Below are positions 23,402 to 35,239 of a DNA stretch of 64,000 nucleotides, piece after piece (positions within the stretch are counted from its first letter, which is position 1; each line of letters starts with the position of its first letter). This DNA comes from Neoechinorhynchus agilis (Eukaryota; Animalia; Acanthocephala). The position numbers and the translations under genes were made by a program. The notes under the pieces are model-generated. The model was not told where the DNA came from and did no database searches. It saw nothing but the letters and a program-made list of their open reading frames with translations. The DNA is taken from positions 12,229,480-12,293,479 of the forward strand of contig CM121342.1 of NCBI GenBank assembly GCA_051530055.1. Reading direction: 5' to 3'.

Positions 23402-25882
23402 ATGAGTAACGAAAGCACCGGGGGCAGGATTCGCCAACGCACAATCAAATTCACCCCGAGGACAATGATATATGACATTAAAAAACAGTATGGCGATAAC
23501 TGTACGAAGGGCATTAGCCACCTGTTAAAAATGGAGATTAGGCTTCTTAGCATCAAGCAAGGCCTTAAATTCATGCAGACATGTAGGGACGAGAACTTAA
23601 CACCGATGTGTGTCCGACTAAAATCAGGCATAATTGGATTCCATGGATCATCACTGCAGCGCTCCTTTGAAAGACAATTATTGAACTTCGCCATTGTAGA
23701 GATGAGGAAACGAATATGTCACATTAAGAACGATTCCATGAGCACATGGGAATATCTTACACGCACTCTTGACTATGACGATATTATGTGGCTAAATGGA
23801 TACGTTAATGAGCGAATAAATGCCCAAACACTGGAGATTAAGAAACGACATAGCAAGAAGTTGGATCGACTGCGACCAAACATCCCTAAGGTAGATACAT
23901 ATTTTCTCAACAAGTCCAAACGAATTTTTACGGAAGAGGAAGATGCCTTATTGAGCAAAGGTCCTGATTACATTGTTAAACGGCGAATATGTGAAACCCA
24001 GATTAGATGTGACACCGAGCTACTCATACATACCGCTCCAAACGTAACCTGTGAAGCAGCAGAATATGATATGATCGCGAGGGCCGGGAACAAGGGTATC
24101 TGTAATCCGGAATGCACAGTAATCAAACAACTTAAGAATGACCAGACAGTTACAATCCTTAAATCTGACAAAGGACGTGCCCTAGTTGCAGTAGATACTG
24201 AAGAGTATAAAGATGCGGCCCACAGTCTGCTGGACTCTGGCAAGTTCGTCAAACTCAGTGCCAATCCAACAGAAAAACGGGAGACACAACTAAATTCATT
24301 ATTGAGGACTCTACGGAAAAATAACTCGATCACTGAGCACTTTTATCAACAGACGAGGTCTTCCACAGCCAGTGCTTCCTTCTTGTATCTTTCCCCAAAA
24401 ATACACAAACCAACGATACAATACCGACCAATAATAGCCAGTTACAATGCCTTCAATCATCGTTTGGCCCGAAAAATCAATGCACTAATAAGAAGCGTCA
24501 TGCCGAACACTCCGTCCTACATAGCTGACGGTCCTTCCTTTGCAACTCGAATGCGACTGGAAAAGTATGAACAGTGCAAATTCTTCACGGCCGACGTAAC
24601 GTCCTTATTTACCAACATCCCACTTCAGGAGACAATTTCCATAGCAGCTGAACTTCTACACAATCAATGCGAAGAACCGCGCCTGGATAATAAAACGTGG
24701 ACAACTCTACTGCAGTGGTGCACATGCAAGACCGTTTTTGAATTCGATCAAGTTTTCTATGAACAACGCGACGGAGTTGCAATGGGTTCACCTCTGGCAC
24801 CCACTCTAGCTGATCTCTACATGAGAAGATGGGAAAACAACTTCATGAAGAAGCAACCCAACATCAAAAAGTGGTATCGCTATGTTGACGACGTGTTCAT
24901 AGTCACTGATGATGAAACGAGCATGAGAGACCTAAGCATTCCACTCAACATGCAGGATCCAAACATCCAGTGGTCAATGACTCAGGAAGATGAAGAGGGG
25001 GCTATCTCCTTTTTGGACGTAAGGATAAAACACGATGACAAAGGCAACATCAAAACACAGCTCTACCGCAAGCCAGGTATACCATGGGGTCCACCTCACT
25101 GGTCGAGCCACCAACCGTTCCACTATAAAATAACAGCGGCAACGTCCTACTTCAAGAGGGCCAGGATGATTTCTTCAGAAAGCAGGGATTGGGAGGAAGA
25201 AAAACAAAGTATCACAAAAGTTCTCAGATCACGAGGCTTCCCTGAATATGCCATCAAAATCAGCCTGAAAAAGGCAACACATAGCGGGCATCGCAAGAAG
25301 AAGGATACCGCAAACATCTCCCCCAAATACGCTGGCTTCAACCACATAAGTGACAATGCGACCGGAAAACTGAGGCGCCTGAACTACCTCGTTCCAAATC
25401 TCTTTATCTACAACAAACGGGGCGCATCCATTGCGGGCATTCTCAAGAGGAAACCCAGTCAAGAGGCAAAATCAGGGATATACAAAATCCCATGTGCAGA
25501 ATGCCCAAAGGTCTACATTGGACAAACCATGCAAGGGATCAGAAAGCGGATCTCGCAGCACAAACAAGCATGCAGGACATTCGATAAATCCTCTGCCATA
25601 TCGAACCACCAGCAAACAATCCAGCACAGGGTAGATTTCGAAAAGGCAGCATTCCTAACCAGGGAACCGAATCTGAGGAGAAGACTGATTCTGGAGGCCA
25701 TTCACATCCGAGGAAATTCGACGATGGAAGGCAACAAATCTAACCATACGCTGGTGTTACCAATGTTGCGTAGCATGACGGGCAAATTAGTCGGCAACAA
25801 ACCGCAAGAGGTGTGCGCGGATGGAACTCCCCACACTTCGGGTATTAGCAAACCCGCGGATCTGAGCTACACCCAGACGTGA
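23402..25882 (+). CDS. Intact Penelope/Poseidon-type polyprotein (RT + GIY-YIG endonuclease), 826 aa
   Basis: RT motifs SPKIHK, RPII, ADVTSLFTNIP, GVAMGSPLAP, RYVDDVF and FLDV; endonuclease GIYKIPCAECPKVYIGQT with CCHH residues and LEAIHI. Confidence 0.96.
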   Translation: MSNESTGGRIRQRTIKFTPRTMIYDIKKQYGDNCTKGISHLLKMEIRLLSIKQGLKFMQTCRDENLTPMCVRLKSGIIGFHGSSLQRSFERQLLNFAIVEMRKRICHIKNDSMSTWEYLTRTLDYDDIMWLNGYVNERINAQTLEIKKRHSKKLDRLRPNIPKVDTYFLNKSKRIFTEEEDALLSKGPDYIVKRRICETQIRCDTELLIHTAPNVTCEAAEYDMIARAGNKGICNPECTVIKQLKNDQTVTILKSDKGRALVAVDTEEYKDAAHSLLDSGKFVKLSANPTEKRETQLNSLLRTLRKNNSITEHFYQQTRSSTASASFLYLSPKIHKPTIQYRPIIASYNAFNHRLARKINALIRSVMPNTPSYIADGPSFATRMRLEKYEQCKFFTADVTSLFTNIPLQETISIAAELLHNQCEEPRLDNKTWTTLLQWCTCKTVFEFDQVFYEQRDGVAMGSPLAPTLADLYMRRWENNFMKKQPNIKKWYRYVDDVFIVTDDETSMRDLSIPLNMQDPNIQWSMTQEDEEGAISFLDVRIKHDDKGNIKTQLYRKPGIPWGPPHWSSHQPFHYKITAATSYFKRARMISSESRDWEEEKQSITKVLRSRGFPEYAIKISLKKATHSGHRKKKDTANISPKYAGFNHISDNATGKLRRLNYLVPNLFIYNKRGASIAGILKRKPSQEAKSGIYKIPCAECPKVYIGQTMQGIRKRISQHKQACRTFDKSSAISNHQQTIQHRVDFEKAAFLTREPNLRRRLILEAIHIRGNSTMEGNKSNHTLVLPMLRSMTGKLVGNKPQEVCADGTPHTSGISKPADLSYTQT

Positions 25883-25917
25883 CCGGCTGTGCATGATGTC
25901 CATATCCTCCATTTTAG

Positions 25918-25964
25918 ATATCGACTGAAGAGGCAAGGAAAACCTTGTGAAATATTTCGAATAT
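25918..25964 (+). ncRNA. Minimal type I hammerhead ribozyme (3' pLTR)
   Basis: Same motif, exactly 2565 bp downstream of the copy at 23353. Confidence 0.8.
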
Positions 25965-26006
25965 AAATGAGTAACGAAAGCACCGGGGGCAGGATTCGCC
26001 AACGCA

Positions 26007-26545
26007 CATAAATGTCTATGTGGTTATGATGTGGATGAATTTGGAAGACATGGCCTCTTTTGAAAAAAATCAAGAGGGCGTATAGCGAGACACGCGGAGC
26101 TCAACGCAATAATAGGCAGTCCTCAATTCGATACACGTACCGACCATCATGGAGTCCAATCATCTATGTCGCTCGGATGGAAAGGATCCCGGCGGAATGA
26201 CAATTTTTCCATGGAAACAGGGTAAGTGTCTGATTTGGTACGCGACGTTTGTCGACTCGCCGCACCCTCCAATCAACAAGATGCCATGACTGGACCTGGG
26301 GGTGCTGCGACGGCCGCTGAAAAGAAGAAAGCAGCGAAGTATGCTGAATTGTAGCAGCATAACCAGTTCCTTCCTTTTGGCGCGGAAACCCAAGGGGCCT
26401 TGGGATCGGTAGCCCGCAAATTCTGCAAAGAACTTGGCCGTCTCTTAACTGCCACCAAAGGAGATCGCAGGGCACATAGCTTCCTAATTGAGAGGATCAG
26501 CCTCGCGATCCAAAGAGGCAACGCAGCAAGCATTCGAGGAACGAC
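26007..26545 (+). mobile_element. Right part of the interrupted CRE-like element (Cys/His motif + restriction-like endonuclease), decayed
   Basis: HKCLCGYDVDEFGRHGL, RHAELNAII, RSDGKDPGGMTIFPWKQGKCLIW, AAEKKKAAKY, FLPFGAET and RISLAIQRGNAASI; contains stops and frameshifts. Confidence 0.85.
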
Positions 26546-27457
26546 AATTGAGATCCAGTAAAAAAATTCCACTAAAAATTCTACGTTTTAAGTTAAAAAA
26601 AACTCTTTGTTGGTTTTCGTGAAGTTCGATGGAATGGAAAATAAGAACAAGTGAAATTGAAGAATCACTTCGATCAATTTAAGTTCTTCTATTTCCTGCA
26701 ATCATTGCTTAATTGTTAACGAAGAAAATATTTCACTTTAATCACCCATGAAAATTTAATCCAAAAATTATCATTTATGAAAGCATACATTATAAATTCA
26801 CAAGCACAAAATGGATCTATAACTATAAGGATTTATTCGAACAACGGAACTTTGGTTTATTCCCAACCTTGATTTATATTTTATACCATTTCTTTATTTG
26901 TGATAAGGCGTGTTGGAAAAGTCCAGGCATGATATCGTGACTATTTTAACAGTTTTTGTTCTAGGTCTACGCTCCATCGATATCCGGTGAAGAGTCTTAA
27001 TTGAGAGTTAAGTACAGTTTAGGAAAAGGAGCATCTTTTAAACGCAAGAAAACTAAATTCTCAGAACAAGATGCATCAAGCGAGGGGAGGTACTATATTT
27101 GATTAACACAATTTAGCTATGCAACACATTACGCAACCGAAAATCATTTATTAGCAGAGAAAGATTTTTCAAATGCACTGATTGGGGATGAAAGCTTCGT
27201 CTTAATACGATTTTCTGCGCCGTACAAAGCGGGTCATGATTGGGTTTCTTTTGCACAGAAATGAACAGTTCTATAAGTAAAATGCGATCGCTTTATGAAA
27301 CAAGTTCAACCTGCTCGGAGGACAAAAACAACGATTAGTTTTAAAATCCTAAATAAAGGCTATTTAGGTGATATGACTTCTAAAATGTTCACAATACCAC
27401 CCAAATTCCCATCAATTCTTGAAATACATTTTCAAATCACTAAAGCAAAAACGATTG

Positions 27458-29660
27458 TTAATCTTTGTATTGGAAAGAGTCGAAACGGGTTTCGCCCAAA
27501 TGTTTTGGGCAATCTTCAAATAAACACCGCAATCGATAAGCTTCAGCCAATAACACGTTAATGTTTGAGGTCGTCCAAGTTGATGTTGGAAGATTCTGAA
27601 GACTGATCATGATCGCCTAAACAATTATAGATTTTTAAGATTTCTAGTTGCAATTATTTTCGAACCTGAAAATCAGACTGCTGTTTGATGTAAGTATTAA
27701 AGGATTGAAGAAAGGCAACACAAACATAGATGTGCAATCGTGCATAGTTCGATTTTCCCTCGGCCTAAATAAAATTTTAAAATGTCGTGTTTTTTGAGAA
27801 ACGCTTAAGAATACGGACGTGGTATGTGTCGAAGAGTCGTATTATACACCTGAGAGGTAATTCCCTCATCAAAAGATTATTCATCCATCTGAAAGCAAAT
27901 TGAAGGAAATGAATCCCGTTTGTGATTAAATGATGGTACAGTGGAGCTATAACATGAACGCGATTAGTTTTCGTTCGTGAGTGCTTAGATATACCATCAA
28001 TTCGTTTAACCAGCAGTTCCATGGAATGTACACTCGATTGAATTGCTGGTTGAGCAAATGTATAATTGTCCTGAAGTGAGTCAAGCATGTGCCATGTACA
28101 CCAAAATGTGTCCGCTTCAATCTGTGGGAGAACTTTCATTGAACTTAAATCGTCTATAAGCGATTGACGCCTTGCTCCGGGTTGGGATGAAGCTGTGAGT
28201 ACTTTAAATACAAATTGTTGTTAGTAAACAAGCTCAACGCTCACTGACCTTCGTCAATGTCAATGTGTTCGCTGAGAAAAACAACAAGAAATGGAGTAAC
28301 AAGATCGTTCATTCCTTGAACGTAGCCCGAAGCAGGATGGCGAACAGCCCAAATGAACAGAACTCGCTCAAGTATTACATAAGATTTCGTTTAGGAAAAG
28401 AAAAGTGAAGAATGAATCAAAGATCGAAATTAAAACACCAAAAACGGTCGACATCGAGCAAATTAATTGCTTGTATCGCCCATCAGGGAGAGAGAAATCT
28501 TAATAGATTTTCAAGTCAAAAGTAACATTTGACAGTTTTGCAATCTAGTTGTTAATGTAATAATCATCGAGAGGAAATCCTTCGGGATGATAGAGTTGGA
28601 GATATTGTGATGATAATCATCGAGATAATACATATTATGAATTGAGATATATCGCGTTTTATCCGGGATTCCAACCTTAACTAAATTTGTTAAATTGGAT
28701 CTTAGCATTCGAATAACCTCAATGATCTTAAACTTAGCACAACTAAATACTAGGACCGAGAAACACTATTATATTAGTTTAATCTGTGCCCAATTCTCCA
28801 TTAAATAATATTTGTGCTATTGAGAATATGCATTTTCCTCGATAACAAACCATAAAATCACGGGACGTTTTAAAGCAAACGTTCGGCTATTAAAATAAAA
28901 ATAAGTATTTAGCTCATGGGCTACTAAACAAATTCTGATGAGGCAATCGTTTAATCGTTTCTATTTGAAACAAAACCAACTTTGAATTGGTCCTAGGAAC
29001 GTCCATTTCAATCTACGAGCACCTTATTAAGACGTCTTTCTTTGTTTATCATCGACTCACCTGCCTCAACTGCTCTGATAGTCTCGTCTTATTTTTATCG
29101 TCAAAATATCTATCAACTAACGACCAATATTCAGCTCGTTTGGCTTCCAAAAGCTGCTCAGCATAGGACTCAGAACTTGTATATCCCTGATAAAGATGAA
29201 AATACTATCGCTACCATTTTCAATCTCACCAACAAAAGCCTCCAACAGACTCCTCTCAGTTTTTGTGGAATTCCATTCCAACTGAGCTTTTTAAGTTGAT
29301 CTAAACCGAGTTCACAATAAGGGCAATACAAGTCACAAAACTAAACTTAAATCGCCTGATTTTAAAACCTGTTCGAACTTATTTATAAGCGCTTCATCCT
29401 CGATCCCTGGAACCTAATTGGAATCTATCGAAAATTCGATCTGTTAAACCAAGGGAGGGGAATTAACGACGTACTTTCACCGGTGAAGATGAACGGATGC
29501 AAATCCCAGGCAGTCGAGTAGTGTCATTCGTCATCGACGGACTGATCGCCCAATCCATTTGAGTTCGGTATTGGTAAGCTCGAAAGGCTGCGTCTGGTTG
29601 ATGGGGAGCTTCCTTCACGTTGTCATAAGTCCTAAAAGACAAGCAGTGGGAATTCATTGA
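27458..29660 (-). CDS. TBC1D22: TBC1 domain family member 22 (Rab-GAP), multi-exon; 5' end not resolved
   Basis: Exons encode INKFEQVLK, LKKLSWNGIPQKLRGVCWRLLL/GY, IEMDVPRT..LFQ, LERVLFIWAVRHPASGYVQGMNDL, LQDNYTFAQP, FLQFAFRWMNNLLMRELPLRCIIRLFDTY and LQNLPT.TW..VLLAEAYRL. One junction is non-canonical (see findings). Confidence 0.85.
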
Positions 29661-29989
29661 ATAGCATTTGAAAAATACCAGTTTTTCAATTTGTCGTCCC
29701 TTCGTGAATCTTCATAGGGCATTTAAATGATTAAATCTTAATATGAGCAATGTCGCGTTTAGAGCGAAGAACGTGTCTTTCGGTCTAGAAATACCAAGAT
29801 CATCAAAAACCAATCAATATTGAATTTCTGCATAAAAGGACGGTAAATTTTCAGTAAAATTAAAGTCGAAGAAATGATTGGTCTGAAAAGCGGTTGTAAA
29901 TAAAAAAGTTACCCGTTGGACTAAATTTTATAAGGCGGAAAATGGAAAACGGGAGAAATATTAATGCCTCGATCCGTAGCTCTTAAGAC

Positions 29990-30960
29990 AAACGATGCCG
30001 TCGGAGCAAACACTGCAGAATTTTTAACCTACAACAACCAATCAGCCGGGCGATTCAGAAAGAGAATACTGGATCAGCCTATCCCTCACCAAAGGCGTAC
30101 CTCAAGGTGCTGTTCCCCTGAGCTTCTAAATGACATCCTACGAGTAACCTTCTTAAGAATTCTGGGTCTGCAATTTCAATCAAATTAGAAATGGGACTCG
30201 CACATCACTCTCGCCCTCAAGCACAACACTTTTAAAATTTATCTCCTTAGACGCCTTCGACATTTAGGAATCCATTCGCCCGGCCTCTACAAATTTTACT
30301 TCCGCTTTATCTTACCATCCCTCATTTACGGTTACCTCGTATTTTGCTACCTTTCCAAATCGCTAATCCTCCGTCTTGAAATTCTTCACAAAAGAGCATC
30401 TAAAATTTGCACAACTTACTTTCCCCTCTCACCGAATGCCTTGAGGCTATTTTCATTAAACAACCAAAACGCCTCACAACCCTACCACCACAATTTCTTC
30501 CACATATCGCTCTCTTTTCAGACGAGCACAGCACTCGTAATCCTAATTCGTTTCACCCCCTATATCTTGCACCTCACTATGTCTACATCATTTTCTCCAT
30601 GCTGCCAAATCTTCTCGGATATCATAACCTGAAATGATTCTGAGGAACGACCAACCTTACAAGCGCTCCTGCAAGCAATAAACACCAATTCCCACCAGAA
30701 CGGACTTCCAACCCAACCGAATATTCTCAATCGAACGGACACATCCTCGCCCGAACGAACCGTCACCGACTGGATAGTTCCTACCCAAATAGACATCCCT
30801 CCGACCAGATATTATCTCCCGAACGGATATCCCTCCGACCAGATATTATCTCCCGAACGGATATCCCTCGACTGCATATACCCATATTAACGGATGAGGA
30901 CCCAAAGGTACATGGGTCCTTCTAAACCTTTCTTTTTATCCAATAAAAGTGTTATTATTA
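29990..30960 (+). mobile_element. Decayed, internally deleted L2/Crack-like LINE
   Basis: GVPQG-like remnant, LRILGLQFQSN and the KWDSH region homologous to the 40.3-41.9 kb copy; two 34-bp tandem repeats in the 3'UTR; hairpin 30897-30920; AATAAAAGTGTTATTATTA tail. Confidence 0.8.
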
Positions 30961-31922
30961 TCCTTGAGGGCAATGGAGGATAAAGATGTTCCGCCGTTCC
31001 CATTGGAGCTTTTAGCGCTTGGATATTTAATTTTTTCTAAAATTTTCTAAGCAGTTTATTGAGAAATTGACCCAGTTTTTTTAAGATTTCGGAATTGAGT
31101 CTTTTAATCTTATGAAAGCCGTTTTGAAGAAATGGATTTTTAAATACTTTTGACAAGAAACAAAAGTGTGAGTTTGTAAGCGAATATCGAGAAAATTGTT
31201 TTGAGTGATGGATAGCAAAGATTTACTTTTAATTAATTTGTTATATCCGTTCGAAAAGCTTTTATCTGTGTCGTTTGAACGAAAAGCTATCCCCTTTTTC
31301 CGCGTTTTTTATGTAATAGTTTCTTACGATTCGAAAAGTGTATTGGTATATTGTTGAATAATTTCTTGTATTTAACCGTGTCAAAAGTGTTCAATTTCTG
31401 ATACCAAATGACTCGGTATACTGAATTGAATGGCGGTGAACATAATACCGGTTAGAGATTCCTTTATTACTATGAAATATTTCGAAAGAGGAAACCTCGC
31501 CTCATCAGTCATTGCTTGAAAGTTTTATCACCGAAGGATCTTCTTGATATGATTGGCTCGTTATACATTCTGGTTGCCACTATAAGACTGTCTGTGTTGC
31601 TTAAAATCGAAATAAATCGCCGCCATTGACTATTTGTGTTGATTAGATTGTCTATCGCTTAGAGTCAATGCGTTTGATTGCCGAAGTGTGACAGAAATCT
31701 CGAATTTGTCTTTAGAATTTGCTTTTCGAGATTTTTTGGGTTTCTCGTGCTCAATTTGCATTTTATTCTCGCCTACTAAATCTATAAATTGGAGATGTGG
31801 TGATAATAACCTGGGGCGAAACATCTTCAATAAAATTTATTTAGTCCGGTGGATTACGATCACCACAACTCCAACTCTATCATCCCAATGCTTTTTAGTT
31901 AGATGATAAAATCTATATAAGT

Positions 31923-34900
31923 TTATTTAACGAAAAACGCTGATTCAGTTGGTGCAGGACTCGCAGTACTTTTGCCGGAATTCTCGTTTGCACTAAAACT
32001 ACCAATCCCATTCACGCCGCCAAGAACTGAGCTGCTAAGTCTAGCAGTTGCAAACGACGACGTGTACGGCGATTGGAGGGTGGGGGCGAATGTCCTTGCG
32101 ATGGGCGTTTGAAATGTTCGAGACTTAGATCTTGTTGCATCAAATGGTGATGAACTCTAAAACGGGCGTTCACTAACGCGTGAAAGCATAGGGAAAATAG
32201 CATACGAACCTTGTACGATATATTGGTCGATAAATGCTGCGACTGTGGATACGACGATCTGTATGATTTCAGTTCATCGATCTGTCTCGTTTGATCGCTG
32301 ATTATCTGTTTCTGATTGATTATTGTATCTTCTTTCTCGTGGCACTGAGCCATGAGATCCATAATTTCAGAACCCTAAACATGCAATAACTCTTTAAAGC
32401 ATTACCGTTTTTCATTTTACCATTGATGCTAGCTTATCATCTTCAAAAACAATTATTGTTTTCCTTAGTTTATCGATTTCCGCCCGATACTGCTCCAATT
32501 CATCTCTAAAGTCATTTTATAGATTCATGAACTCATACTGCCGTTGCACTTCACCTGTGAGATTCCTTTAGTCTTTCAAGTTCATTCTCCAAAGTTGTAC
32601 ATTTATCTCTTAGGCAATCCTTTTCTATTTCCTGAAAAGGAACAAAGCACGTTTTACTCTTCCTCCGTTTTCTCGCATATTAAGACCAACCGCTTGTTCA
32701 AACTGGTGCTCAAGCTGCTCATACTCATCAATCGCAGTGGCGTTAAACTCATCCAGATTATGCGTAGATACTGCGAAAAGGTCAATGGTGGATCAAATAC
32801 TGGAAATTTGTTGTAACATTGTGGTCAGATCAAAGGAAAGCGTGGACACTTTAAGCGGATATATTCTTCTTAAAGCTTTTTTCATTACTCCGGACGTAGG
32901 TGAAAGTTCGACCCCACAAAACTCCAATAATTTTAAAACTAAAAGTATATCTTTATCGTGTTCTTTGCGAGAATTCACAATTGTGCAAATAATGACAAGA
33001 TTTTAAATATTTGGATAGATAGATCTTCCAGGCAACCCTATAATATACGTAATTTAAAAGAAGCATCTGATGAACGCTAGAGATGCAAAAATTTAATTCT
33101 CCTTTTATGAGGACCGTGCCAAATTTGCATTTTACCAACTATAAGAGCGATAATAAATGCGATGCACATTAGTAGTTGAATTTTACAATCTCGCCGAAAA
33201 AATAAATATGCGGAGATTTTGTTTAAAATGTGCGAAATTTTTAACTAAATAATTGATTGTGAAGATTTAGATTTAATTTCGTTGAGGGTTGCATTCGGAT
33301 GGTTAGATATGTTATTATTTTGGTCAGAGGTGTCGTTAAAGATGAATAAATATTTCGAATGATTGATCAGCCATTTCGAATTTAACGACCCCTCTCGGGT
33401 GTCGAAAACCGAGAAAAATAATAATGTATAGATTTAAGATGATATTCAATTGACGCAACGAAATGTGGGAAACTACCGGACGACTGTAAGTTAATAGTCA
33501 TTTTAAACATAAAGGTGAAAGGTTTAGAGACTTATAGTAATCCTTAGTTTACCTTCCTTTGAAGTTGAAAGCTAAACTAGGAAATGTTACGAAGATGCTT
33601 TCCGAAACGAGTGTCCTTACTACCTGTGGAAGTATAGCAAAAATCCCTTTGAGCTTCGAAATGGCACCTTCAATTTCTGTTATTTTTGTGTCCTCTGCGT
33701 TATGGATACGCTGTAGACCATCGACGATGTGCCGACAACTACTTAATTCGTTCATTACCCTTTCTAGATCGTTTCGATTGATTGAATCTGTTTTACAGGA
33801 CTCATTTACCTATACGATTTATAGATGGCTAGACCGAATCGATTTGGATTTCTAGTACCTCTTGTCCTGAACATTGTAGGTCACTCAAAATGCGTTGTTC
33901 CTCGAGCATGAACTCCAGATCATCTGCCCTCTTGCGTTCATTTTGCCACTTTACTTGGATTTCGTTGATCGCTGCGTTGAGCTTATCGATTTGCGTTTGT
34001 TGTATGTGGGTCATGGCCACTAGGCTCTGCAGTTTTTCGATTTCACTGGAACCTGAAATATCCAACAAGGAGTTTTGCGTTGACACTGTTGCGTGTTTTT
34101 GGTCGTCGTGATTGGTAGATTGAGCGCTTGAGCCAGATGGACTTCCTTTTTCACAACATCCCAGACGTTGAATTTGTTTCATTGGCAGCATGATGCCATG
34201 ATTTGGCTTGCAATCAAAATACCTTTTGCGTACGTTGACGGCAGTGTCTTAAGTCCTTTTTAAACAAACTCTTACCTATGACCTTTGACCTTTCCGTTGT
34301 GTTCACCTACTGGATTATCAAGAGCAACTCCACAATAATATTCGTCTTCAATGTCGATTTTGCCAACGAATCTAACAGTCCCAAATGCGTAAGTTGGTTT
34401 CGTTTCGTTTTGACTATGTTGATTTAGAAGTGCGATCACTCGACTGCCGTTTTTCTCAATTCAGATTCTGCATGAGAAAAGGCGGCTTTATTGCCAACCT
34501 GAAGTGGCTTTCTACGTGCTGCAGTCATTTTTGTTACTCTACACTGGATCACTGGTATCAACTGACCTCTTTTGTACTGAGATATTTTAGTTATTTTGGG
34601 TAATTTGGATGTCGACAAAGATGAAAGAGTAGACGAGTCCATGTTTGATTCGCATGCCACTTTTCTCTACAGTTTTCAATAGATGCCTTAAGGGTCGTAA
34701 CAATGGGGCAGAAGCAAGTGTCAGTTGTCGAGACATAAAAGGAGGTAAAGTAAAGTTTGGATGGAAAGTGCTGCGGTCATTGAAATCCGAGATGCTTACT
34801 ATCACTGCCGAAAGTGATATAAGACCACGGGAACTCGGTGAAAGAGTCAACGGTAGTGCAGTTGCATAATGACGGACAAGCTTGTACATTGGAATTGGCA

Positions 34901-35239
34901 GTTTTCGGGACGTTGTTAGATGATCATTAGCTAGTCACAATGGGAGATTACACGGTTGACTAGATTTGTGTAAGGCATTACATTTCATTGGTTCGGATTG
35001 GTCGTTAGGTGACAACTTAAAACCGAAATGAACTACAATCTCCAGTTCTAACCAACTAGTTAAACTTGCATGCAACCTCAAGTTGAACAAAAAGTTAGCG
35101 TTTCATACACAGAAAATCCTAATTGAAAATAAGTAGAAGGTTTTGGCGAAAAAATTGATAAAAATCCTTCCGGGATCATTTTCATTGCGCTTTCGTTCCC
35201 CAAGGAGCTAGAAATCCCAGACAATGCCTTATTTACCAT
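31923..35239 (-). CDS. CAP-Gly domain, coiled-coil protein (CLIP-like), multi-exon; boundaries approximate
   Basis: GTVRFVGKIDIEDEYYCGVALDNPVGEHNGKVKGHR/YFDCKPNHGIML at ~34190-34385, followed by heptad-rich exons (DDLEFMLEEQ, FRDELEQYRAEIDKLR). Confidence 0.7.

Larger units (their letters stand above)
15305..26008. mobile_element. Penelope-like element array: A(-) 15305-17520, B0/B(+) 17521-20428, C(-) 20435-22810, D0/D(+) 22810-26008
   Basis: Near-identical RT-GIY-YIG sequence in both orientations; inversion junctions at 17520/17521, ~20430 and 22810; pLTR-like ends facing outward at both termini. Confidence 0.95.

Noticed and set aside
15214-26073. Many short antisense or alternate-frame ORFs repeated across the PLE array
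   Set aside because: They recur only because the DNA is duplicated; no independent coding evidence.
28935-28970. CTGATGAG followed by GAAA
   Set aside because: No supporting stems; it lies antisense to the TBC1D22 exon boundary.
30800-30870. Two 34-bp direct repeats
   Set aside because: Adjacent with no spacer; an ordinary LINE 3'UTR duplication, not CRISPR-like.
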